A stretch of 32,000 nt of DNA from Nitrososphaerota archaeon (GTDB taxonomy: Archaea > Thermoproteota > Nitrososphaeria > Nitrososphaerales > Nitrosopumilaceae), in contig JACRJT010000052.1 of assembly GCA_016215465.1 (NCBI GenBank), forward strand, positions 22,113 through 54,112, read 5' to 3'. The position numbers and the translations under genes were made by a program. The notes under the pieces are model-generated. The model did not search any database. It had not been told where the DNA came from and saw nothing but the letters and a program-made list of their open reading frames with translations. Below, piece by piece: positions 9,082-16,461 of this stretch; position 1 is the stretch's first letter; each line of letters opens with the position of its first letter.

Positions 9082-9126
9082 ACCAGCACACAGTGCAGCC
9101 AGTTAACATTGAAATCTTAATTAACC

Positions 9127-10128
9127 GTGAAAAATCGCTATTGTTTGATGATTCCTGATCATCAATTCATTTTAGATTGTCAGCAAAAGGTCCTAAACGG
9201 CATCAGCATCTCCGATTCGGACCTAGAAGGACTAATCAGCATACCAAAATCAGAACTAAAAACACTCTCAGATGCGGCAAATAAAATAACGCGCAAATTC
9301 GGCGGAGACAAAGTGGATGTTGAGCAGCTTGCAAACATCAAGAAAAACTATTGTAGTGAGGATTGTGCGTTTTGCGGTCAATCAGCATTCTTCAATACAG
9401 GAATTGACAGCTACCATCTTCTTCCAGCAGAAGAAATAGTAGAAAAGGCAAAAAAAGCTCTAGATGAAGGGGCAGAATCATATTGCCTTGTGGCAGCTTG
9501 GCGAGAGCCGTCAGAGTCAGACTTTCAAAAGGTTTGCAACATAATTGAGCAGATCAACAACCAGGTAGGAATTAGCGTAGAATGCAGTTTGGGCTTTCTT
9601 ACGATGAGTCAGGCAAAACAGCTAAAGTCACTGGGGGTACGCAGGTATAACCACAATTTAGAAACATCGAGATCAAAATTTCCTCAGATTTGCACAACTC
9701 ACACATATCAGGATAGAATTGACACTCTCCTAATAGCACGCCAAGCAGGACTTGAACTATGCACAGGCGGAATAATAGGGATTGGTGAAACAAGGAGTCA
9801 GCGACTAGAGTTGATTTTGGACTTGGCAAAGATGAGTCCAGAAGAAGTTACGATAAATTTACTTGTTGCAATTCCTGGAACCCCACTTGAATTGCAGACG
9901 CCGCTACCGCTTGAAGAAATATTGCGCATGTTTGCAGTCACAAGATTCGCACTACCAAAAGCAATAATCAAAATTTCCGGAGGCCGAGAAGTGCATCTAA
10001 AAGACGGTGGCGAGGAACTGCTCCTAAGCGGTGCAAACGGCATCATCAGTTCTGGCTATCTGACTATGGACGGAAACGAGATGAAAAAAGACTTGGAAAT
10101 GATTAGAAAAATAAATCTTGAAGCCTAA
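9127..10128 (+). CDS. bioB: Biotin synthase (radical SAM)
   Basis: Radical-SAM motif CSEDCAFCGQS, plus YNHNLETS and GGIIGIGE motifs typical of BioB. The track start is GTG, and an ATG lies 7 codons in. Confidence 0.93.
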   Translation: MKNRYCLMIPDHQFILDCQQKVLNGISISDSDLEGLISIPKSELKTLSDAANKITRKFGGDKVDVEQLANIKKNYCSEDCAFCGQSAFFNTGIDSYHLLPAEEIVEKAKKALDEGAESYCLVAAWREPSESDFQKVCNIIEQINNQVGISVECSLGFLTMSQAKQLKSLGVRRYNHNLETSRSKFPQICTTHTYQDRIDTLLIARQAGLELCTGGIIGIGETRSQRLELILDLAKMSPEEVTINLLVAIPGTPLELQTPLPLEEILRMFAVTRFALPKAIIKISGGREVHLKDGGEELLLSGANGIISSGYLTMDGNEMKKDLEMIRKINLEA

Positions 10129-11251
10129 ACTCGAATTTGTAAACCATCTTTTAAGAGAGATAAAGAAAGAAGATCTACACAGGCAGCTACGCTATGGCCA
10201 CGTCAGTGAATCACACATAACAATGGGAACAAAAAAACTCATTAATCTTTGCTCAAACGACTATCTAGGATTACAAGTAAAGAAAAACCAAGTAAACCAA
10301 TTGCAGTCAAGCTCACGCCTAGTCTCTGGGAATGATATTTTGTTTAGAAAATTGGAAAAAAAACTTGCAGAGCATAAATCACAGAAAGCGTCACTTGTAT
10401 TCCCAACTGGATACATGGCAAATCTAGGAGTTATTTCTGCGCTGGTCGGAAAAAAAGATCTAATACTAAGCGACGAGCTAAACCACGCAAGCATTATTGA
10501 TGCGTGCAAGATAACTGGCGCAAAAGTACAAGTTTACAAACACAACAACATGGAAGATTTGGCAAAAAAAATCAACGTGCACAATAAGATACGAAAGTTC
10601 GTAATCACCGAAGGAATCTTCAGCATGGAGGGAGACTATGCTAAACTAAAACAGATGACAGAGATCACTGAAAAAAATAACGCGATTTTAATTTTAGATG
10701 ATGCGCATGGGGATTTTGCAGTAGGCGATGACGGCAGGGGCACTGCAAATCTTTTTGGAGTCGATAAAAAAATTGATGCATATGTAAGCAGCCTAAGTAA
10801 GGCGCTTGGCTCTTTTGGCGGATATGTCGCGGCACATGATTCTATCATAGATCTGTGCATAAACCGCTCAAAATCATTCATCTACACGTCTGCACTGCCT
10901 TCATTTCTTGTCAAGATGTCACTTGACAGATTTGAGCAGGACAGAAAAACGCGGCAGATGGCACTCAAAAAAAATACAGCATTACTTGCTACAGGACTAA
11001 AAGAAATCGGTTACGACATAAAATCACCCACACACATAATTCCCATCATAATTGGAAAGGAAAAAAAGACGCTTGATTTTGGAAAATACCTATTTGAATG
11101 TGGAGTATTTGCCCAACCAATACGATATCCAACGGTTCCAAAAAACAGTGCGAGAATCAGAATTTCTGTTACGGCATGGATTTCAAAAAAGCAAATAGAG
11201 TACACGCTATCAGTTTTTGAAAAAGCAGGAAAAAAGTTTAAGATTTTCTAG
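10118..11251 (+). CDS. bioF: 8-amino-7-oxononanoate synthase
   Basis: Alpha-oxoamine synthase family: SNDYLGL, NHASIIDA, DDAHG, and SLSKALGSFGG containing the PLP lysine. The TTG start overlaps the bioB 3' end by 11 nt. Confidence 0.9.
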   Translation: MKPKLEFVNHLLREIKKEDLHRQLRYGHVSESHITMGTKKLINLCSNDYLGLQVKKNQVNQLQSSSRLVSGNDILFRKLEKKLAEHKSQKASLVFPTGYMANLGVISALVGKKDLILSDELNHASIIDACKITGAKVQVYKHNNMEDLAKKINVHNKIRKFVITEGIFSMEGDYAKLKQMTEITEKNNAILILDDAHGDFAVGDDGRGTANLFGVDKKIDAYVSSLSKALGSFGGYVAAHDSIIDLCINRSKSFIYTSALPSFLVKMSLDRFEQDRKTRQMALKKNTALLATGLKEIGYDIKSPTHIIPIIIGKEKKTLDFGKYLFECGVFAQPIRYPTVPKNSARIRISVTAWISKKQIEYTLSVFEKAGKKFKIF

Positions 11252-11253
11252 CA

Positions 11254-11358
11254 TTACCTACGCATGTCCAAGCCCATAAACATTGGTGAGCCGACATAAA
11301 CCGCAATTGCAATTATGATTGCAAACGCTATTCCAATTGCGATGAACCTTTTATTCAT
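11254..11358 (-). CDS. Candidate 34-aa single-pass membrane peptide (below the ORF-track cutoff)
   Basis: My own translation of the minus strand gives ATG..TAA, MNKRFIAIGIAFAIIIAIAVYVGSPMFMGLDMRR. One hydrophobic helix. It sits in an otherwise empty 200-bp gap. Confidence 0.25.
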   Translation of the reverse strand: MNKRFIAIGIAFAIIIAIAVYVGSPMFMGLDMRR

Positions 11359-11453
11359 GGAGGTCACATGGTACGGTTAGATAAAAAGCATATCTAGCAA
11401 ATAGGACAAGATTTGGAAGAATATTTAATAAAAAAAATCGATCCTAATGTATC

Positions 11454-12182
11454 ATGTCAGAGATCACCATTGCAATAGCTGCAGTATCCGGCCTTGGCTC
11501 ATTTCTTGCACCATGCATACTGCCTGTAATACCTGCGTTTTTGGCATACATTTCTGGAACGACAATTACGGATCTTCAAAAAAACAATGGCGTGATCACA
11601 GTGGCAAATCGGCTAAATGTTTTGTTAAACACAATATTTTTTGTTCTTGGATTTTCAGTGGTGTTTTCTATTTTTGGGGTTGTACTAAACAGCATACTTT
11701 CAAGTGCAGCGTCTGGCCTAATATTGGGCTTAAACCAAGTAGGAGGGGTCATAATAATCGGGTTTGGTGTCTTTATGCTACTATCAACTAAGATCAACAA
11801 ACTTAATTTTGAAAAAAAATTTTTGCCAAGCAGAGGCAAGGCCAGCTACCCGCTTTCATTTGTCTTTGGGCTTGCGTTTGCCACATGTTGGACACCATGC
11901 ATTGGCCCAATACTTGGAAGCGTTTTGACTCTGGCTGCCACCACGCCGGGGCAGGCATTTACGTTATTACTTGCATATTCCTTAGGACTCGGAATTCCGT
12001 TTATTCTAATGGGTCTATTCTTTTCAAGATTCACAAGATTGATTCGGGCACTAAGCAAACACTTGAAGTATTACTCGGTAATCATGGGCAGCTTAATCAT
12101 AATACTTGGGGTTTTGGTGTTAACAAACCAGCTTGCCACAATTGCAAGCTTTCCACTTTTGAATAATTTGTTGTTAGGGTAA
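11454..12182 (+). CDS. ccdA: CcdA/DsbD-family thiol-disulfide electron-transfer membrane protein
   Basis: Polytopic protein of 242 aa. It has the two conserved Cys contexts of the family, LAPCILPVIPAFL and ATCWTPCIGPILG. Confidence 0.88.
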   Translation: MSEITIAIAAVSGLGSFLAPCILPVIPAFLAYISGTTITDLQKNNGVITVANRLNVLLNTIFFVLGFSVVFSIFGVVLNSILSSAASGLILGLNQVGGVIIIGFGVFMLLSTKINKLNFEKKFLPSRGKASYPLSFVFGLAFATCWTPCIGPILGSVLTLAATTPGQAFTLLLAYSLGLGIPFILMGLFFSRFTRLIRALSKHLKYYSVIMGSLIIILGVLVLTNQLATIASFPLLNNLLLG

Positions 12183-12186
12183 GAAA

Positions 12187-13272
12187 ATGAGAGCGGAAAT
12201 TAAATCAGCGATAATCATGGGAATGGTAATTGCAGGAGCGATAGGAGGGCTGAGTGCTTATTTTACCTCACTAGAGGCCCCAAGCAATGCAGACACACAA
12301 GTACTATCAATGGATAAAAGCAAGTTCAAAAAAGCACCAGAACTGCAAGGAATTGCAGGATACATCAACACAAATGCAGATGAATTCAAAAATCAGATCA
12401 AAGGAAAAGTCGTGCTTTACGACATTTGGACATACAGCTGCATAAACTGCCAGAGGACAATCCCATACATCGTATCTTGGAATGACAAATATTCAGACAA
12501 AGGACTCGTCATAATAGGAATACATTCACCAGAATTTGAATTTGAAAAAGACATCAACAATGTAAAGCAGGCAACTGAAAAGTTCGGAATCACATACCCA
12601 GTCATACTTGACAACGACAAACAGATCTGGAATGCATTTTCGAACAACTACTGGCCAAGAAAATACATTGCAGATGACGAAGGCTACATCAGATATGATC
12701 ACATAGGCGAAGGAGAATATGCAGAAACTGAAAAAATAATTCAGGACTTGCTAAATGAACGAGCGTCAAGACTTGGACTAAAAATGGATACCGTGCATCC
12801 ACTTGTTGAAATTCAAGAATCAGAAAACGGCGCCAGAACTCCAGAATTATATTTTGGGTATGACTTTGCGCACGGAAGAGACAGGTTAGGAAATTCAGAA
12901 GGATTCAGTCCAAATAATGACGTGAAATACGTTATTCCAGGCGAGCTACAAAATGATCACTTTTACTTGGATGGAGTTTGGAAAAACATTTCAGACCGCA
13001 TGAGTCTTGTGTCAGATTCAGGAATCATCAAGTTGCCATACTTTGCAAAAGAAGTAAACATCGTAGCATCTGGCGAATCAGACCTTACCATACTGCTTGA
13101 TGGAAAACCAATATCGGAAGAAAACACGGGTGAAGATGTCAAGGATGGAAAAGCCCACACATTAGAATCACGGCTCTACAATCTGGTTAAAGTAAAAGAA
13201 TCTGGAAGGCATACATTAGAAATTCAGATAAACGAGCCTGGCTTTGAAATCTATACATTTACCTTTGGATAA
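12187..13272 (+). CDS. Membrane-anchored thioredoxin-fold (redoxin) protein with a DipZ-like C-terminal domain
   Basis: N-terminal transmembrane anchor and a CxxC active site (WTYSCINCQRTIPY) in a TlpA/redoxin-like domain (IIGIHSPEFEFEK, YWPRKY). An additional C-terminal domain of ~150 aa follows. The gene lies 4 nt downstream of ccdA. Confidence 0.85.
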   Translation: MRAEIKSAIIMGMVIAGAIGGLSAYFTSLEAPSNADTQVLSMDKSKFKKAPELQGIAGYINTNADEFKNQIKGKVVLYDIWTYSCINCQRTIPYIVSWNDKYSDKGLVIIGIHSPEFEFEKDINNVKQATEKFGITYPVILDNDKQIWNAFSNNYWPRKYIADDEGYIRYDHIGEGEYAETEKIIQDLLNERASRLGLKMDTVHPLVEIQESENGARTPELYFGYDFAHGRDRLGNSEGFSPNNDVKYVIPGELQNDHFYLDGVWKNISDRMSLVSDSGIIKLPYFAKEVNIVASGESDLTILLDGKPISEENTGEDVKDGKAHTLESRLYNLVKVKESGRHTLEIQINEPGFEIYTFTFG

Positions 13273-13361
13273 ATGCTGTAACCGGATGATCTTGTAACTA
13301 GAGTGACATGGGTCGTGGTTACAAACTTGTTTAAAATCAATTTTTTTATCAATAATGGAAA

Positions 13362-14018
13362 ATGGGGTCGTTAAGTGACAGATGGAATGACGTAGGACGC
13401 GGGGATAATCTCTCACAAAAAATACTAGACAGAGTAAAGCCAGACGTACCACTCAAAAATAAGATAGACGTAGCGCAGAAAAACCTCCAGCTTCAGATAG
13501 TAAAACTAGATGGAATCGCATCAAAAATAAAGCAGAAAAATGATTATATTTTTAATAAAATAATTGTCGCTCAAAGAGCCAACAACCAACATTATGCCAA
13601 AGCATATGCTACAGAATTACTTGAGATAAGAAAAATGCACAACATGGTAAACGGTGCAAAACTTGCCTTAGAACAGATTCAGCTCAGACTAAACACAGTA
13701 TCAGAACTTGGAGACATCGTAGTAACGCTAAGCCCATGCATGTCAGTAATCAAAGGACTAGGCGCATCATTGAGCGGAATAATGCCAGAGGCAACGTCAT
13801 CAATGCAAAACCTATCCCAAGTTCTAGGAGATGTGTTGACAGGCTCCTCGATGAACGCCTCAGATACCGCAGTCACAACATACAGTTCGAGCTCAGATAC
13901 GCTTGCAATTCTTGAAGAGGCTCAGGCAGTAATCGAAGGCCAGACAAGAGCAAGCATCCCAGAGCCGCCAAGCGGAATTCCAACTGGGATTCTACAGAAA
14001 AAAGAATCATTCATTTAG
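13362..14018 (+). CDS. cdvB: ESCRT-III / Snf7-family protein (CdvB paralog)
   Basis: Protein of 218 aa with the helical-hairpin pattern typical of archaeal CdvB/Vps2-24 proteins (LQLQIVKLDGIASKIKQK..., AKAYATELLEIRKM..., LALEQIQLRLNTV.ELGD). The C-terminus is S/T/P-rich. Confidence 0.8.
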   Translation: MGSLSDRWNDVGRGDNLSQKILDRVKPDVPLKNKIDVAQKNLQLQIVKLDGIASKIKQKNDYIFNKIIVAQRANNQHYAKAYATELLEIRKMHNMVNGAKLALEQIQLRLNTVSELGDIVVTLSPCMSVIKGLGASLSGIMPEATSSMQNLSQVLGDVLTGSSMNASDTAVTTYSSSSDTLAILEEAQAVIEGQTRASIPEPPSGIPTGILQKKESFI

Positions 14019-14406
14019 ATTTTTTCTTGCTTTTTTCAATCAAGATTTTCTTTATTCTAGATATTGTCGGATAACTGTAGCCTCGGCGCCTGTAGTTTGA
14101 GATCATCATTTTCCAGTTCTTTAGCCTCCACTGTGCCTGCTCGTTTGTAACGGAATGGACTTCTTTTTGTATGATGCTTTTTCGTCCCACTTTTAGAACG
14201 CCGGCGTCCTTTGCGGACCATCTGTTTTTTGCAAACTTTAAACCAGTTAGAATTTCTTCAATCGGCATTTCCCTAAAATAGTCTTCCAGCATGCGCAACT
14301 GCACATCCGTAAACCTTTTTTGAATTGGTAATTTCACCTCTAGTCCGTCCACATAGTAGGCAGGCGTGCATTTCTTAATAGAGTCATGATGAATTAGATT
14401 TAACAA
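14011..14406 (-). CDS. Hypothetical basic protein
   Basis: Track ORF of 131 aa with a K/R-rich C-terminus. Its 3' end overlaps the cdvB 3' end by 8 nt (convergent). No family was recognised. Confidence 0.5.
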   Translation of the reverse strand: MLNLIHHDSIKKCTPAYYVDGLEVKLPIQKRFTDVQLRMLEDYFREMPIEEILTGLKFAKNRWSAKDAGVLKVGRKSIIQKEVHSVTNEQAQWRLKNWKMMISNYRRRGYSYPTISRIKKILIEKSKKKSK

Positions 14407-14497
14407 AATATTGAATTTAGGAACAGGGATTTAACAGAGGTGTTTGTTCAATTAAAACAAAATACAGGATATTACTCATACGATTTTAGAGAAACCA

Positions 14498-14956
14498 ATG
14501 GTAGAAAAGCACATAGCGAAAAGAGACACGCCTAATGAGAAAGGTATCACTAATGACGATTTAGAGGACATTATAGAAAGTGGAGGAACAAGAAAATTGT
14601 TCTTTAAAGAAGAGTTGGACACCAGAGATCGTTCTGAGAGAGTCAAGGATCAGTTCATCGAGGCAGGACAAGATACGAGAAATGCGAATCAATTTGTAAA
14701 ACTCGTCAATGCCCAATTACAGAAAAAAGTATCCCAGATCGAGAAAATCAAGGAAGCTCAACGAAAATATGAAGAAGAAATGAACATGTTTAGAGCAGAT
14801 ACGGTTGTAGAGCAGAGGGGATTTCAAGCAAGAAATAATGAAGCGGTCAATGATGTTGAGGCGGCGCTAATAACTAGAGAGCTGTCTGCAATGATTAACA
14901 AGTACGGTTTTGATAAACTAACAAAAGCACTCGATGCCATAATGGCGGCAAAATAA
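14498..14956 (+). CDS. Hypothetical acidic/helical protein
   Basis: Track ORF of 152 aa with an ATG start and charged helical composition. No family was recognised. Confidence 0.5.
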   Translation: MVEKHIAKRDTPNEKGITNDDLEDIIESGGTRKLFFKEELDTRDRSERVKDQFIEAGQDTRNANQFVKLVNAQLQKKVSQIEKIKEAQRKYEEEMNMFRADTVVEQRGFQARNNEAVNDVEAALITRELSAMINKYGFDKLTKALDAIMAAK

Positions 14957-15020
14957 GACAGTCACAAAAGCCACCCAATAGTCAATAAAACAACTTTTTG
15001 ATTTATTTCTGATATCAGAG

Positions 15021-15314
15021 TTACTTTTGTTTATTTAGTTTCAATAATGCCTGATGATCATAAGTATTGTATGGAGATGAATAAGATCTGTATTTCATAT
15101 TCCACTTGAAATAAGGATGGCCAGAACATAATTCGTCACCGCATACTTGGTTTCCAACCCATTTCGAGTATTTGTGCCTAAGCGTATTTGATACATCATC
15201 ATTAGATGCTTTCTTTGCTTCTGCAAAGTGACCTGAGCTAATTGCGCTGATCATAGTCATTGACAATAATACGCTCATCATTACAAGTGCAACTAATCGC
15301 AACATGATTTGCAT
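15021..15314 (-). CDS. Small secreted Cys-motif protein, paralog A
   Basis: Signal-peptide-like N-terminus ending AEA. Conserved block HKYSKWVGNQVCGDELCSGHP is shared with the 15435..15668 ORF. Promoter geometry suggests the real start is the in-frame ATG at 15305 (MLRLVAL...). Confidence 0.6.
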   Translation of the reverse strand: MQIMLRLVALVMMSVLLSMTMISAISSGHFAEAKKASNDDVSNTLRHKYSKWVGNQVCGDELCSGHPYFKWNMKYRSYSSPYNTYDHQALLKLNKQK

Positions 15315-15326
15315 ATATTCGTCGGA

Positions 15327-15334
15327 TTAATTAA
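15327..15334 (-). promoter_or_regulatory. TATA-like box TTAATTAA for the paralog A gene
   Basis: The box centre is 25.5 nt upstream of the in-frame ATG at 15305. The identical box and spacing occur upstream of paralog B. Confidence 0.45.
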
Positions 15335-15352
15335 AGTAATCATTTTTTGTTG

Positions 15353-15377
15353 TTTCAAAATTCGAATTTAGAAATAT
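15353..15377 (+). repeat. 25-nt quasi-palindromic element, copy a (TTTCAAAATTCGAATTTAGAAATAT)
   Basis: Exact 25-mer. The core AAATTCGAATTT is a perfect palindrome. The TTCGAA centre lies 33 bp upstream of the TTAATTAA box of the paralog A gene. Confidence 0.9.
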
Positions 15378-15434
15378 TGAATTTTGTTGCACTAGGGCAC
15401 GAAAGAGTGTAAAAAATGAGCGAGTTTTTGTTTC

Positions 15435-15668
15435 CTATTTGTTCGGAGAGCTCTTTCCTATCTTAGTCGGTACTTTATAGACAGGGGTTCCTTCGCATAG
15501 TTGGTCTCCACATACTTTGTTATTGTACCATTTACTGAACTTGTGTTTTGGTGATAGTTTTGCAGGCTTTGCTTCTGCATATTGTTCAGATGATAGAGCC
15601 ATGACCAATATTGTAGACAGGAGGATAGTTATTGCCACAAGTCCGAGTATTTTGCCAGCCATGCTCAA
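15435..15668 (-). CDS. Small secreted Cys-motif protein, paralog B
   Basis: Signal-peptide-like N-terminus ending AEA. Conserved block HKFSKWYNNKVCGDQLCEGTP. The track start is TTG at 15668, and the in-frame ATG at 15662 (MAGKILG...) is the more likely start. Confidence 0.6.
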   Translation of the reverse strand: MSMAGKILGLVAITILLSTILVMALSSEQYAEAKPAKLSPKHKFSKWYNNKVCGDQLCEGTPVYKVPTKIGKSSPNK

Positions 15669-15683
15669 TTTTTTAATTCCTAG

Positions 15684-15691
15684 TTAATTAA
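15684..15691 (-). promoter_or_regulatory. TATA-like box TTAATTAA for the paralog B gene
   Basis: The box centre is 25.5 nt upstream of the in-frame ATG at 15662, consistent with a leaderless transcript. Confidence 0.45.
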
Positions 15692-15705
15692 CTGATCTTT
15701 TCATA

Positions 15706-15730
15706 ATATTTCTAAATTCGAATTTTGAAA
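15706..15730 (-). repeat. 25-nt quasi-palindromic element, copy b (exact, reverse orientation)
   Basis: The reverse complement of 15706-15730 is identical to copy a over 25/25 nt (26/26 including one inner flanking base). Its centre lies 32 bp upstream of the TTAATTAA box of the paralog B gene. Confidence 0.9.
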
Positions 15731-15741
15731 TATACAGTTTT

Positions 15742-16209
15742 TTAGGCATGAGAATTGTTACGAGTGCTCATCAGTGCGTCTTTTATCAGCATACGATGAT
15801 GCGGAATTATCCTAGTTGGAAGTCTTGCAAAAAACCTATGATCGCTGCTTTGGTGGTCGGTTTTTAGATGACCACCCTTAATGGAAACGACAAATCCATG
15901 GGATACGTCGTGACGAAACGAATCCAGACTTTCGTAGACGCCGACAAATTTCTTAATTTTTACGTCAAGACCGAGTTCTTCTTTTGCAGAACGCTTTACA
16001 GTATCAGTCATTTTCTCAGTTTTGTGTATCATACTACCAGGCAGATGCCAATATCCCTTGTATGGGTTTCTAGTTCGTTTTGTCAGCAAAACGGATTTTC
16101 CATCAAATATTACCAAGTCAACACAGGAAAAAGCAAAATATTTTCTAAAATTATCGTATTCTTTTTTTGGGGCTATTCTTATTTTCTGATTTTTTGGCTG
16201 TTTTTTCAT
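15742..16209 (-). CDS. Nudix hydrolase
   Basis: Nudix box GSMIHKTEKMTDTVKRSAKEELGLDV (G-x5-E-x7-R-E-x2-E-E-x-G pattern) in a 155-aa ORF. Confidence 0.85.
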   Translation of the reverse strand: MKKQPKNQKIRIAPKKEYDNFRKYFAFSCVDLVIFDGKSVLLTKRTRNPYKGYWHLPGSMIHKTEKMTDTVKRSAKEELGLDVKIKKFVGVYESLDSFRHDVSHGFVVSIKGGHLKTDHQSSDHRFFARLPTRIIPHHRMLIKDALMSTRNNSHA

Positions 16210-16271
16210 GTGTTACGAATCAGGACATTCGTTAATTTGAAGTATTTCGATTTTTTACTAAATATTTTAAT

Positions 16272-16294
16272 TTGTTCGTAAAAGCTAAACCCCC
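16272..16294. repeat. Repeat word A: TTGTTCGTAA-AAGCTAAACCCCC
   Basis: It shares TTGTTCGTAA with word B (direct) and AAGCTAAACCCC with word C (direct). Its C-run is complementary to the G-run of word B. Confidence 0.7.
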
Positions 16295-16351
16295 ATACAG
16301 GCAACCCTCAATTGTGAACAAGGTGATTTTTTTAGGATCAGTCATTTTTCA

Positions 16352-16375
16352 GGGGGGTTTAACACTTGTTCGTAA
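16352..16375. repeat. Repeat word B: GGGGGGTTTAACAC-TTGTTCGTAA
   Basis: It is an inverted copy of word C (16/19 over GGGGTTTAnCnnTTGTTCG) and pairs with word A over 10/11 nt. Confidence 0.7.
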
Positions 16376-16440
16376 CCAATGCAGGCAAGTGCCAAAACAT
16401 CCCCATTACCCAGATAAAGGTGCCAAACCTATTTGCATCC

Positions 16441-16461
16441 CGAACAAAAGCTAAACCCCGG
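16441..16461. repeat. Repeat word C: CGAACAA-AAGCTAAACCCCGG
   Basis: See words A and B. The B/C pair forms an imperfect 19-bp inverted repeat around a 65-nt spacer. Confidence 0.7.

Noticed and set aside
11447-11791. 114-aa ORF overlapping the ccdA 5' half in another frame. The minus-strand ORFs 11576..11839 and 11846..12058 were considered with it.
   Set aside because: The ccdA frame carries the conserved Cys motifs and transmembrane pattern. The alternatives are Cys/His/Trp-rich frame artefacts.
15008-15019. 12-bp palindrome TCTGATATCAGA between convergent genes.
   Set aside because: It is too short and has no loop to act as a terminator hairpin. It contains an EcoRV-like GATATC core and is plausibly chance in AT-rich DNA.
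16272-16454. 60-aa plus-strand ORF inside the 459-bp gap.
   Set aside because: It has a TTG start, no promoter-like context and an odd composition. Its boundaries are simply the repeat words A and C (the stop lies inside word C). The region is better explained as non-coding.
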